A DNA stretch of 35,479 nt. Origin: Defluviitaleaceae bacterium. Its GTDB lineage: Bacteria > Bacillota > Clostridia > Lachnospirales > WRAX01. Below, piece after piece: positions 7,387 through 16,006 of the stretch. The stretch covers positions 1 to 35,479 of the forward strand of contig WQSI01000002.1 in NCBI GenBank assembly GCA_009787945.1, written 5' to 3'. Under the pieces are notes generated by a model. That model did no database searches and was not told the origin of the DNA. It was given only the letters and a program-made list of their open reading frames with translations. Made by a program: the position numbers and the translations under genes. How positions within the stretch are numbered: the first letter of the stretch is position 1; every line of letters starts with the position of its first letter.

Positions 7387-7394
7387 CCGCCCCC
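7369..7394. repeat. Single-hairpin member of the GTAGGGGCG repeat family
   Basis: The sequence is CGTAGGGGCGGGTATTAGCCGCCCCC, with stem GGGGCGG/CCGCCCC. It lies at the junction of two convergent CDSs and has no U-tract. Confidence 0.75.
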
Positions 7395-8354
7395 TTGCAA
7401 GGTCTGATTTATGATTTCAGGGTCATTTATAGGGATTATCTCAAGAACAACCCCAAGGCGCGGGGTGTGGGTCACAAGAATAAACCTTATTTCAGGGTCA
7501 ATTTGATGTAATTGATATTCTTCCCCCTGCATCATCTGCCGAATGTCCTCTGGGTGGGGCATAGAACGGGCAAAGAGCAGATGTTGCCCCTCCACGTCCA
7601 AATCCCGCACCCCCCAAAAGTGCAGGGCAGTAAACTCCCCAGGGTGCAGGCGGAAGTCGCCCTCATTGTTCCAGCTCATCCCAAAAACCAACACCCTAGG
7701 TTGGATTTCGCCGCTTTCCAACGCCGCCAAATCCTCCCGCACCCGCTCCAATGCCCACGCCCCGTCATCTGTCTCAATAAAAAACACAAGAATAACAGCC
7801 GCAAAACTAAGGATAGACTGGACAACAAAAATCTTTGTGAAGCCTTTGGATATTCGCAAAATCAAAATCAACAGCAAGTTAAAACCATAAATCACAGTCA
7901 TGCCTACAGCAATATTGTTCGTCCGTGTGTAAAACCAATCAAGATACCCCTCCAGAACCTCTGGCGGGGTTATTGCATTATACAAAAAAGCCTCGTCTGC
8001 CACCCCAAAAAGAGTGACGGACAGTATCACCACCGTAAGAACAGCCCCTTGAACAACCATCAGCAAAGCTGAGGTAAGCCCAAAGGTTTTTGGCGGGTCG
8101 TCAGGGGCTTCCTCGAATATATTAATAATAGTGACCGCAATATTATAAACACTAGACAAAACCACAATCAACAAAACCCAGAAAAAACCCGCCACATCAG
8201 GGGTGATTACGGAAAAATACACCATAACCCCCGCATCAACCAAAAGCAAGCCGTCCCGTCGCTTCCTAACCCAAGCAACCACCGTAACGGCAACCGATAT
8301 AAAACTTAAAAACGGCAAAACAAGCAAAAGCACGTCCAAAAGTACATCAAGCAT
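7383..8354 (-). CDS. Multi-pass membrane protein with a C-terminal soluble domain, unknown function
   Basis: 323 aa. The N-terminal two thirds are hydrophobic with several TM segments. An AAGGGGG SD lies 7 nt upstream and a consensus promoter lies upstream. Confidence 0.75.
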   Translation of the reverse strand: MLDVLLDVLLLVLPFLSFISVAVTVVAWVRKRRDGLLLVDAGVMVYFSVITPDVAGFFWVLLIVVLSSVYNIAVTIINIFEEAPDDPPKTFGLTSALLMVVQGAVLTVVILSVTLFGVADEAFLYNAITPPEVLEGYLDWFYTRTNNIAVGMTVIYGFNLLLILILRISKGFTKIFVVQSILSFAAVILVFFIETDDGAWALERVREDLAALESGEIQPRVLVFGMSWNNEGDFRLHPGEFTALHFWGVRDLDVEGQHLLFARSMPHPEDIRQMMQGEEYQLHQIDPEIRFILVTHTPRLGVVLEIIPINDPEIINQTLQGGG

Positions 8355-8366
8355 CTAACAACCCCC

Positions 8367-8395
8367 TTGCCCTATTATACAATTTAGGGTATAAT
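8367..8395 (+). promoter_or_regulatory. Promoter of pgeF, overlapping the divergent promoter
   Basis: TTGCCC (8367..8372), a 17-nt spacer, then TATAAT (8390..8395). Confidence 0.45.
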
Positions 8396-8402
8396 TTGTC
8401 AA
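8374..8402 (-). promoter_or_regulatory. Consensus promoter of the 7383..8354 membrane protein gene
   Basis: The minus strand reads TTGACA (8402..8397), a 17-nt spacer, then TATAAT (8379..8374). Confidence 0.6.
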
Positions 8403-8434
8403 AACAAAACTCGGAAACATCTATGGAGGAATTT

Positions 8435-9205
8435 ATGGAAAATAAACTACAAATTTTCGCATTTGAACGTATTTTAATTGCAGGGGCGACAAACTGCATA
8501 TCCACCCGCAAAGGGGGAGTGTCCCCTGGAGTTTTTGAGAGCATGAATTTAAGCGGCAAAACAGGGGATGACCCTGAAAATATAAGGCAAAATTATAATA
8601 TTTTATGTGATGCCATGGGCTTTAAACTGCGGAGCTTGGTTTTTAGCCAGCAAACCCACGGCACAAACATCGCCATTGTAGACGAAAACACAGGGGAGCT
8701 TAAAGATGTTGATGGGCTAATCACCAATTGTAAAGATGTTGTGTTGACAACGTATTTTGCTGACTGTGTTCCCTTGTTCTTTTACGACCCTGTAAAACAG
8801 GTTATCGGCAATGCCCATGCAGGTTGGAGGGGCTGTGCAAACAATATGGCAGGGAAGATGGTGGAAGCCATGGTCAGCCGCTTTGGCTGCGACCCTGCGG
8901 ACACTTTAGCAGGCATTGGTCCTTCCATTTCTGTTAAAAATTTCCAGGTTGATGCTGATGTTGCAGATAATTTCAAAAATACCCTTCCATTTTCAAGTCG
9001 TTTCGTGTATAATAGTGAAGGTGCAGGTAGCAAGTTTCACATAGACCTGTGGCAGATATGTCGCGAAAGCCTTATTTTGGCAGGCTTAAAGCCTGAAAAC
9101 ATCGAAACCATCGGACTTTGCACCTATGAAAATTCCGAGCTGTTTTTCTCCCATAGACGGGATGGGCTGGCTCGGGGAAGTATGGCGGGGATGATTTCCT
9201 TATGA
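8435..9205 (+). CDS. pgeF: YfiH/PgeF family (laccase-domain) purine nucleoside phosphorylase / peptidoglycan editing factor
   Basis: Family motifs are present: QTHG, YFADCVP, NAHAGWRG. I chose the ATG at 8435 (MENKLQIF) because GGAGGA lies 5 nt upstream. The ORF-track TTG at 8396 overlaps the -10 box. Confidence 0.85.
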   Translation: MENKLQIFAFERILIAGATNCISTRKGGVSPGVFESMNLSGKTGDDPENIRQNYNILCDAMGFKLRSLVFSQQTHGTNIAIVDENTGELKDVDGLITNCKDVVLTTYFADCVPLFFYDPVKQVIGNAHAGWRGCANNMAGKMVEAMVSRFGCDPADTLAGIGPSISVKNFQVDADVADNFKNTLPFSSRFVYNSEGAGSKFHIDLWQICRESLILAGLKPENIETIGLCTYENSELFFSHRRDGLARGSMAGMISL

Positions 9206-10464
9206 AAAAAATAATAATTGGCGTTGAGCCAGGCTCCATAGCTGAAGAAATGGGCATTGAGGTTGGTGATGCCCTAATCTCCATAGGCGGCCGCGAAATT
9301 GTAGACATTTTTGACTATCATCTTGCGGTTATGGATGAAGAGCTTGATATTTTAATAGAAAAAACCACTGGAGAGCAGTGGCTTTTGGAGCTTGATAAAG
9401 ACGAGGACGAGGAACTTGGTTTAATTTTTGAGGGCATGATGGACAAAATGCGCAACTGCGGCAATAATTGCGTCTTTTGCTTCATTGACCAAAACCCGAA
9501 GGGTATGCGCCCTACACTGTATGTTAAAGATGACGATTATCGCCTGTCATTCCTCCATGGCAACTACATCACCCTTACAAATATGAACGAAAAAGACATT
9601 GACAGGATTATCCGCCACCGCATCAGCCCTGTAAACATTAGCATACACGCCACCGACCCAGAATTGCGGGTTAAAATGATGGGTAACAAGCGGGCAGGGG
9701 CAAGCCTGGATTTTCTTGGTAAGCTAACAGAGGGGGGCATAACCCTTGCCTTGCAAATCGTTCTCTGTAAGGGTTATAACGATGGCGCGCAATTGGACAA
9801 GACCATTGGCGATTTGGCAAAGTATATTCCAGAAGGGGGCGGCTGTTCCCTGTCTATTGTGCCTGTGGGCATTACCAAGCACAGGCAGGGGCTTGCCCAT
9901 TTAGAACCTTTCACCCGCGGGGATTGTTTGGAAGTTATTGAAAAAGTGGATAAGTGGCAAAAAAAGCTGTTGGCAGAAAAAGGCACAAGATTCGTATTTG
10001 CGGCAGATGAGTTTTATCTTAAAGCAGAGGTGGATTTGCCTGGTGTAGAAGAATATGAGGATTTCCCCCAAATTGACAACGGTGTGGGCATGATGACTGC
10101 CTTTGCAGATGAGTTTGTTAAGCCTGACCGCACAAGGAAGGTCACTTTGGTGACGGGAAAAGCTTCTGCCCCTTTTATGCAGGATTTGCTAAAAGGGCTT
10201 GATGTTGATGTGGTGGCAATTGAAAACCATTTTTATGGCGAATATATTACCGTTGCAGGGCTTTTGACTGGGGGAGATATTATCAAGCAACTGGAGGGGC
10301 GCGACCTTGGGGAGGTGGTACTCATCCCTAAAACTGCCCTAAAAGCTGAGGAAGATATATTTTTGGATGACATAACTCTTGAAGAAATGTCGAAACAGCT
10401 AGGCAGACCAGTTATCCCAGTAGATTGCACAGGACAAGCCCTAGCAGAAGCCTTGATAAGGTAA
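9202..10464 (+). CDS. PDZ-domain radical SAM protein with C-terminal DUF512
   Basis: It has the CGNNCVFC cluster motif and an N-terminal PDZ-like region. It shows the usual synteny upstream of der. ATGA overlap with the pgeF stop. Confidence 0.82.
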   Translation: MKKIIIGVEPGSIAEEMGIEVGDALISIGGREIVDIFDYHLAVMDEELDILIEKTTGEQWLLELDKDEDEELGLIFEGMMDKMRNCGNNCVFCFIDQNPKGMRPTLYVKDDDYRLSFLHGNYITLTNMNEKDIDRIIRHRISPVNISIHATDPELRVKMMGNKRAGASLDFLGKLTEGGITLALQIVLCKGYNDGAQLDKTIGDLAKYIPEGGGCSLSIVPVGITKHRQGLAHLEPFTRGDCLEVIEKVDKWQKKLLAEKGTRFVFAADEFYLKAEVDLPGVEEYEDFPQIDNGVGMMTAFADEFVKPDRTRKVTLVTGKASAPFMQDLLKGLDVDVVAIENHFYGEYITVAGLLTGGDIIKQLEGRDLGEVVLIPKTALKAEEDIFLDDITLEEMSKQLGRPVIPVDCTGQALAEALIR

Positions 10465-10487
10465 CAACAACCTAAGGAGGGATTAAT

Positions 10488-10727
10488 GTGGAAACCGTTC
10501 TATTCTTGATTGTATTCATCGGTGTGCCAACCTTTATACTTCTTTATTGGATTATTAAGCTTGCAGTGCGACAAGGCATATTGGAAGCAAACAAGATTAT
10601 GCAAAATCCTAAAACACCTAAAACCTACGACAGTATTACAAAAATCATCTGCACAAATTGCGATGGCGAGCATGATTTGGATTGGCCCAAATGCCCCCAT
10701 TGTGGTCATATAAATAAAATGATTTGA
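10488..10727 (+). CDS. Small membrane-anchored zinc-ribbon protein
   Basis: GTG start 7 nt after AAGGAGG. It has one N-terminal TM segment and CTNC...CPHC (two CxxC pairs). Confidence 0.6.
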   Translation: METVLFLIVFIGVPTFILLYWIIKLAVRQGILEANKIMQNPKTPKTYDSITKIICTNCDGEHDLDWPKCPHCGHINKMI

Positions 10728-10759
10728 TATTCATAGCCCCTGATAAGGCAACAACAACT

Positions 10760-10801
10760 CGTAGGGGCGGGTATCAGCCGCCCCCTTTGTCGGACAAACG
10801 C
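10760..10801. repeat. Half-copy of the GTAGGGGCG repeat family
   Basis: The sequence is CGTAGGGGCGGGTATCAGCCGCCCCCTTTGTCGGACAAACGC. It has the hairpin arm plus the TCGGACAAACG tail shared with the full copies, and TTTGTC/GACAAA is itself palindromic. Confidence 0.75.
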
Positions 10802-10817
10802 AATATAGGAGATTTTT

Positions 10818-11333
10818 ATGATAAAACTACGCGAAATAGACAGTGACAATTACGAAAAAGTATGGGAGCTAAAATCCCTAGACAGCCAAAAGAGCTTCAA
10901 GGACACAGTGGCGAAAGACTTTGCCACTGCCTACCTAGAGCTTTTAGAAGGCGACCACCCACCAATGTTCCTCGCCATATACAACGATGAGGAAGTTGTG
11001 GGCTATGCCCTAATACTCTATTATGAGTTAAGGGAAGAAGGGAACGACCACGAAGAATTTGACATCTTCTGCAAAGATTTTGGAGATAAGGCGATTTATG
11101 AGCTAGGCAGCTTTATGATTGACGCTGGGCAGCAAGGGAAAGGGCTTGGCAAGGCATCTATGGTAAAAATTATTGAATATATACAATCTGCCCCTAAAGG
11201 GTCTGCTGACTCTGTATTCCTAATATGCAGAGAAGGGAATGAAGCCGCCGAAAAGCTATTTACATCCCATGGCTTTAAATATATTGGCAAACAGGTTGTT
11301 GAAGGTGAAAAAGTCATGCGTTTAGCATTGTAA
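10818..11333 (+). CDS. GNAT family N-acetyltransferase
   Basis: 171 aa with acetyl-CoA motif QQGKGLGK and GNAT topology. A GGAG SD is present. Confidence 0.8.
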   Translation: MIKLREIDSDNYEKVWELKSLDSQKSFKDTVAKDFATAYLELLEGDHPPMFLAIYNDEEVVGYALILYYELREEGNDHEEFDIFCKDFGDKAIYELGSFMIDAGQQGKGLGKASMVKIIEYIQSAPKGSADSVFLICREGNEAAEKLFTSHGFKYIGKQVVEGEKVMRLAL

Positions 11334-11347
11334 GGAGAAAATAAATT

Positions 11348-12667
11348 ATGCAACCAATTGTAGCAATTGTGGGCCGCCCAAATGTGGGCAAATCCACACT
11401 TTTTAACAGAATAGTAGGCTCTCGCCTGTCTATTGTAGAGGACACCCCAGGGGTCACCCGCGACAGGCTTTACGCCCAGGCAAATTGGCAACGACACAAC
11501 TTTTTGCTTGTGGACACAGGGGGGCTTGACATGGAAAGCGAGGACGACATGGTTCGTCACATTCGCAACCAAGCCCAAATAGCCATAGAAACGGCAGATG
11601 TGGTGCTTTTTGTGGTGGATGGCAAGGCAGGGATGACAGATGGGGATATTGATGCCGCCAACATCCTGCGCCGTTCTGGCAAGCCTGTGGTTCTGGCTGT
11701 AAACAAAATGGACGACATTAAACAGGAAACCTTAGCATATGAATTTTATTCATTGGGTCTTGGCGACCCTGTGCCAATTTCTGCCGCAAATATGCTAGGG
11801 CTTGGAGATATGCTGGACATTGTATGTGACCATTTCCCCGCAGAGGAGGGGGAGGACCCTGACGACATTATCAAAGTGGCAATTATTGGCAAGCCCAATG
11901 TGGGCAAGTCCTCCATCATCAACAGAATTTTAGGGGAAGAGCGGGTGATTGTGTCTGATGTGGCAGGCACAACCCGCGACGCGGTGGACACCTTCTACGA
12001 AAAAGACGGGCAAAAGTTCATGTTTATCGACACGGCAGGCATCCGCAGGCGCAGCAAAATTAAGGAAGATATTGAAAAATTCAGCCTTATCCGTGCTGTT
12101 GCCGCTGTGGAGCGTTGTGACGTTGCCGTCATCGTTATATCGGCAGAAGAGGGCATAACCGACCAAGATACCAAAATAGCGGGCATAGCCCACGAAAACG
12201 GCAAGGCGTGTATTGTGGTGACAAACAAGTGGGACGCAGTGGAAAAAGACAATAAAACCATGGCGAAATACAATGCAAGGCTTGATGATGAGCTGAAATA
12301 TCTTCACTATGCCCCAAGGATGTACATTTCTGCCCTAACAGGTCAGCGGGTCAGCAATTTGTTTGATGAAATTGTATCCGTCCATGAAAATGCCTGCCTG
12401 CGGGTGCAAACAGGGGTGTTAAACGAAGTTCTGATTGAAGCAATGGCGAGAAATCAGCCGCCATCAGTAAAGGGCGTTGGTCTGAAAATTTACTATATAA
12501 CCCAAGTGTCAATAAAGCCGCCTACATTCATACTTTTTGTAAACAATCCAGAGCTTTTGCATTTTTCATATAGACGGTATATAGAAAATCAAGTGCGGGA
12601 TAACTTCGGCTTTAAAGGAACGCCAATACATTTTATAGTGCGCAATAGAGATAATAACAAGAAATAA
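11348..12667 (+). CDS. der: Ribosome-biogenesis GTPase Der (EngA)
   Basis: Two tandem G domains (GRPNVGKST, GKPNVGKSS; DTGG, DTAG; NKMD, NKWD) plus a KH-like C-terminus. Confidence 0.97.
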   Translation: MQPIVAIVGRPNVGKSTLFNRIVGSRLSIVEDTPGVTRDRLYAQANWQRHNFLLVDTGGLDMESEDDMVRHIRNQAQIAIETADVVLFVVDGKAGMTDGDIDAANILRRSGKPVVLAVNKMDDIKQETLAYEFYSLGLGDPVPISAANMLGLGDMLDIVCDHFPAEEGEDPDDIIKVAIIGKPNVGKSSIINRILGEERVIVSDVAGTTRDAVDTFYEKDGQKFMFIDTAGIRRRSKIKEDIEKFSLIRAVAAVERCDVAVIVISAEEGITDQDTKIAGIAHENGKACIVVTNKWDAVEKDNKTMAKYNARLDDELKYLHYAPRMYISALTGQRVSNLFDEIVSVHENACLRVQTGVLNEVLIEAMARNQPPSVKGVGLKIYYITQVSIKPPTFILFVNNPELLHFSYRRYIENQVRDNFGFKGTPIHFIVRNRDNNKK

Positions 12668-12679
12668 GGAGTGATTTTT

Positions 12680-13342
12680 ATGGCAGAGTGGTTTGAGTTT
12701 CCTTGGTGGGCGTATTTGCTGTTTTTAGTGGTGGGATACCCCTTTGGAATGTTGCAGTCAGCCTATTTTGTAGGCAAAATTTTTGGGAAAATTGACATTC
12801 GGGAACATGGCAGCGGAAACGCAGGAACAACCAATGTTTACCGCGTCATGGGCTTTAAGGCGGGCATTGTGGTGCTTGTTTTTGACATTGTAAAAGTCAT
12901 CATCCCTGTAATTATCCTTAACGCAATCCTCTTTGACGGGGATATTTGGAGCATTTCAGACATGCAGTATTTCCCTGGCTTGCTTTTAGGCTTTGGCGTG
13001 GTTCTTGGGCACAATTTCCCCTTCTACCTTAAATTTAAGGGGGGCAAAGGGGTGGCTTCTGCCATTGGCTTGCTGATTATGTTTGACCCTATCGTCCTTG
13101 CCATCATACTCGGCATGGCGTTGGTTATTGTCATCCTCACCCGCCTTATATCCCTTGCTTCTATTACTGGCTTTATCGCCTTTGGCGCGGTTAACTCCTT
13201 CTTCTACTGGGATTATCTGCCCATCGTGATTTTCGCCTGGACTTTTGCCGCTTTGGGACTTTTCCAACATCGCAAAAACGTCAAATGGCTGTTAAATGGC
13301 GAGGAGAAAAGGTTTGATTTTAAGACCAAAGGTAGATTGTAA
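12680..13342 (+). CDS. plsY: Glycerol-3-phosphate acyltransferase PlsY
   Basis: It has GSGNAGTTN and HNFPFYLKFKGGKG motifs and a multi-TM profile. I chose the ATG at 12680, 8 nt after AAGGAG, over the track's GTG at 12671. Confidence 0.93.
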   Translation: MAEWFEFPWWAYLLFLVVGYPFGMLQSAYFVGKIFGKIDIREHGSGNAGTTNVYRVMGFKAGIVVLVFDIVKVIIPVIILNAILFDGDIWSISDMQYFPGLLLGFGVVLGHNFPFYLKFKGGKGVASAIGLLIMFDPIVLAIILGMALVIVILTRLISLASITGFIAFGAVNSFFYWDYLPIVIFAWTFAALGLFQHRKNVKWLLNGEEKRFDFKTKGRL

Positions 13343-13344
13343 TC

Positions 13345-13686
13345 ATGGGTGAAACAGTTGCAATGATTTTGACCAATTTTATAGGTATTGCTGTATGCCT
13401 ACCCTTTGGGCTTCTTTGGCGCATTGGCAAAGGTCATTCCCTTATGGGGGGATACAACACCATGTCCGAAAAAGAAAAATCTAAATGGAACATATTGGCT
13501 TTAGGCAAATTTATGGGCAATATGCTTGTTTTGGCATCTGCCATTTTGTTGGTTGCTTGTTTACCTATTTTGTTGAATTTTTACCCTTCAGTGTTTATAC
13601 TTGTTTCTTGGATATTGTTTATAGTTATTCTCATTAGCGGAGGGATTTACGTCAACATAAGCTCCAAATTCAAAAACAAGGAATAA
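13345..13686 (+). CDS. DUF3784-like small membrane protein
   Basis: TM, then the GGYNTMSEKEKSKWN loop, then two TM segments, which is the typical DUF3784 layout. An alternative start lies at 13363. Confidence 0.6.
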   Translation: MGETVAMILTNFIGIAVCLPFGLLWRIGKGHSLMGGYNTMSEKEKSKWNILALGKFMGNMLVLASAILLVACLPILLNFYPSVFILVSWILFIVILISGGIYVNISSKFKNKE

Positions 13687-13702
13687 AATTGGTAATTTCT
13701 GA

Positions 13703-13736
13703 CTATGATGTAGTAAGTAATACTATTACATCATAG
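13703..13736. promoter_or_regulatory. AT-rich palindrome abutting the yaaL SD
   Basis: CTATGATGTA (13703..13712) pairs with TACATCATAG (13727..13736). The 3' arm overlaps the first 2 nt of AGGAGG (13735..13740). Confidence 0.3.
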
Positions 13737-13746
13737 GAGGGAAATT

Positions 13747-14025
13747 ATGAGTGCTGATGTATATAACTTTGAGGGCGGGCAAAAAGCGGACAAGGGTTCT
13801 TTTCGCCGCCGCAACCAAAACAGGTTAAGCAATGAGGACGTTTTTATTCTGGCAACTTTAGAAAAACTCAAAAAAGATTTGGATACAATCCATAGAAGCC
13901 TAGACGCAGTGGACGACCCCGATTTAATTGACAGCTTTATATACGAGCTTAACGCCGTAAACATGCGCTACAAAGTGTATCTGCGCATGTGCAAGGACAA
14001 GGGCTTGGTGTCTGCCATATTTTAG
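13747..14025 (+). CDS. yaaL: YaaL family protein (DUF2508)
   Basis: 92 aa with the helical motif DPDLIDSFIYELNAVNMRYKVYL. It is adjacent to bofA, as in Bacillus. AGGAGGG SD. Confidence 0.7.
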   Translation: MSADVYNFEGGQKADKGSFRRRNQNRLSNEDVFILATLEKLKKDLDTIHRSLDAVDDPDLIDSFIYELNAVNMRYKVYLRMCKDKGLVSAIF

Positions 14026-14036
14026 GGGGTAAGATT

Positions 14037-14321
14037 ATGAACATTTTCCAAAACATAAGCGAACCCATGCTCATCTGGGTCGTCATTGCATCACTACTTA
14101 TAATCGGCATTTTAATCGCAGCCAACAAACTGGGCAAGGCACTAAACATTATCGCCAAAGGAGCCGTTGGCGGCGTTGCCATTTTCGGCATAAACGCAGG
14201 GGTTGCCGCCATGGGTGCAACAGTTGCCCTGCCAGGCATAAACCTGCTGACCCTTGCCGTCGTAGGGCTTCTAGGCGCGCCTGGCATGATAATGGTTTAC
14301 GGGCTTAATTTCATAATGTAA
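14037..14321 (+). CDS. bofA: Pro-sigma-K processing inhibitor BofA
   Basis: A 94-aa two-TM protein with a Gly/Ala-rich second half (GAVGGVAIFGINAG...LGAPGMIMVY). I chose the ATG at 14037 rather than the track start at 13989, which overlaps yaaL. Confidence 0.72.
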   Translation: MNIFQNISEPMLIWVVIASLLIIGILIAANKLGKALNIIAKGAVGGVAIFGINAGVAAMGATVALPGINLLTLAVVGLLGAPGMIMVYGLNFIM

Positions 14322-14356
14322 AAACAGCGACCTTTCGGGGTTCTGCTCATACTAAA

Positions 14357-14386
14357 GAAAAACCCCCTCGTTTGAGGGGGTTTTTG
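14357..14386. terminator. Bidirectional rho-independent terminator between bofA and the convergent ABC-F gene
   Basis: GAAAAA, then CCCCCTC, GTTT loop, GAGGGGG, then TTTTT. Confidence 0.8.
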
Positions 14387-14482
14387 CTATCGTGTGCTAT
14401 TCTTGTGTGTTACGGCTCAATTCCTATGTTATAGCACTAATTGCGGGGTTTAATTTTGCCATGTCAATCCCCCTTGATTATG

Positions 14483-16006
14483 TTACATCTCTATAACCCT
14501 ATCAGCTACAGTTTGAATAAGCTCTCTGTCATGGGTGGTAAACAAAATATTGCCCGAGAAGTCCGAAAGTGCATTGCTTAAAGCCGTTATTGTTTCAAGG
14601 TCTAAGTGGTTTGTTGGCTGGTCGAGGATAAGGAAATTTGCAGGGGTCATCATCATTTTTGAAAACATGCACCGCACTTTCTCGCCCCCTGAAAGCACAC
14701 TGGCACTTTTAAGTGCTTCTTCCCCCGAGAATAGCATTTTACCCAAAAAGCTCCTGATATAGTTTTCGGAGTCGTCTTTGGAATATCGGCGCAACCAATC
14801 CGCAATGCTAAGATTGCAATTCTCGAAAAAGGGTGTGTTGTCTTTGGGGAAATACTCTTTTGTGATAGTGATACCGTATTTGTAGTTGCCACTGTCTGGC
14901 TGCTCCTCACCTACTAATATTTGAAAAAGGGCACTTATGGCATGTTCGTTGCCTGTGAAAGCAATCTTTTCGCCTTTTTCAACAATAAGGCTAAAATCCT
15001 TAAAAAGTTCGATGCCGCTGACCACTTTTGATAAATTTTCAATCATCAAAATGTCATTGCCTGCCTCGCGTTCAGGCTTGAAATGAATGAAAGGATAGCG
15101 GCGGTTGGAAGGTTGAATGTCCTCCAAAACAATCTTATCGAGAAGTTTTTTACGGCTGGTTGCTTGGCGGGATTTTGACGCATTTGCCGAAAATCGCTGT
15201 ATAAAGTTTTGCAATTCTTGAATTCTTTCTTCCTTTTTGCGGTTTTGGTCACGAGTTAAAGCAAGCATAAGTTGTGAAGATTGATACCAAAAATCGTAAT
15301 TGCCAGTGTAAAGCTTAATTGAACCAAAGTCTACGTCGGCTATATAACTGCAAACATTATTCAAAAAATGCCTATCATGGGACACGACAATTACAACGCC
15401 TTCATAGTTAATAAGAAACTCTTCAAGCCAAGTAATGCTTTTGATGTCCAGGTCGTTGGTAGGCTCGTCAAGGACAAGAACGTCAGGGTTTCCAAAAAGC
15501 GCCTGAGCCAGGTATACACGAACTTTATCACGCCCATCAAGGTCGCTCATCATAAAAAAGTGCTTGTCTTCGGTTATAGAAAGTGATTGCAAAAGTTTAG
15601 CGGCTTCACTTTCAGCCTCCCATCCGTTCAGTGCCGAAAACTCAGCTTCAAGCTCTGCCGCTTTCAGTCCATCAGCGTCATCAAAATCAGGCTTTTGGTA
15701 AAGCGCATCCTTTTCTTTCATTATTTCATATAGGCGTGAGTTGCCCATCATTACTGTATCTATCACATTAAATTCGTCATAAATATAGTGGTCTTGCTTC
15801 AGAACGGACATACGGCGGTCTTTTTCAAGAAACACTTCACCACTGCTCGGTTCAAGCTCGCCGCTTAATATTTTCAAAAATGTTGATTTACCTGCACCGT
15901 TTGCACCTATAACTCCATAACAATGCCCAGGTGAAAACTTCAAGTTTATACCATCAAACAATTTCCTGCCACCAAAGTGCAGTGATAAATTTTCTACTAT
16001 TAACAT
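14483..16006 (-). CDS. ABC-F family ATPase (translation factor type) with a degenerate second ATP site
   Basis: Two NBDs joined by an Arg/Lys-rich linker, with no TM domain. NBD1 has GANGAGKST and LVLDEPTNDLD. I chose the ATG at 16006 (MLIVENLS) with a GAGG SD over the 16018 start. Confidence 0.9.
   Translation of the reverse strand: MLIVENLSLHFGGRKLFDGINLKFSPGHCYGVIGANGAGKSTFLKILSGELEPSSGEVFLEKDRRMSVLKQDHYIYDEFNVIDTVMMGNSRLYEIMKEKDALYQKPDFDDADGLKAAELEAEFSALNGWEAESEAAKLLQSLSITEDKHFFMMSDLDGRDKVRVYLAQALFGNPDVLVLDEPTNDLDIKSITWLEEFLINYEGVVIVVSHDRHFLNNVCSYIADVDFGSIKLYTGNYDFWYQSSQLMLALTRDQNRKKEERIQELQNFIQRFSANASKSRQATSRKKLLDKIVLEDIQPSNRRYPFIHFKPEREAGNDILMIENLSKVVSGIELFKDFSLIVEKGEKIAFTGNEHAISALFQILVGEEQPDSGNYKYGITITKEYFPKDNTPFFENCNLSIADWLRRYSKDDSENYIRSFLGKMLFSGEEALKSASVLSGGEKVRCMFSKMMMTPANFLILDQPTNHLDLETITALSNALSDFSGNILFTTHDRELIQTVADRVIEM

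Noticed and set aside
14424-14462. 12-codon minus-strand ORF with AAGGGGG SD just downstream of the ABC-F stop.
   Set aside because: It is very short, lies between a stop codon and the shared terminator, and has no distinguishing features. It is likely fortuitous.
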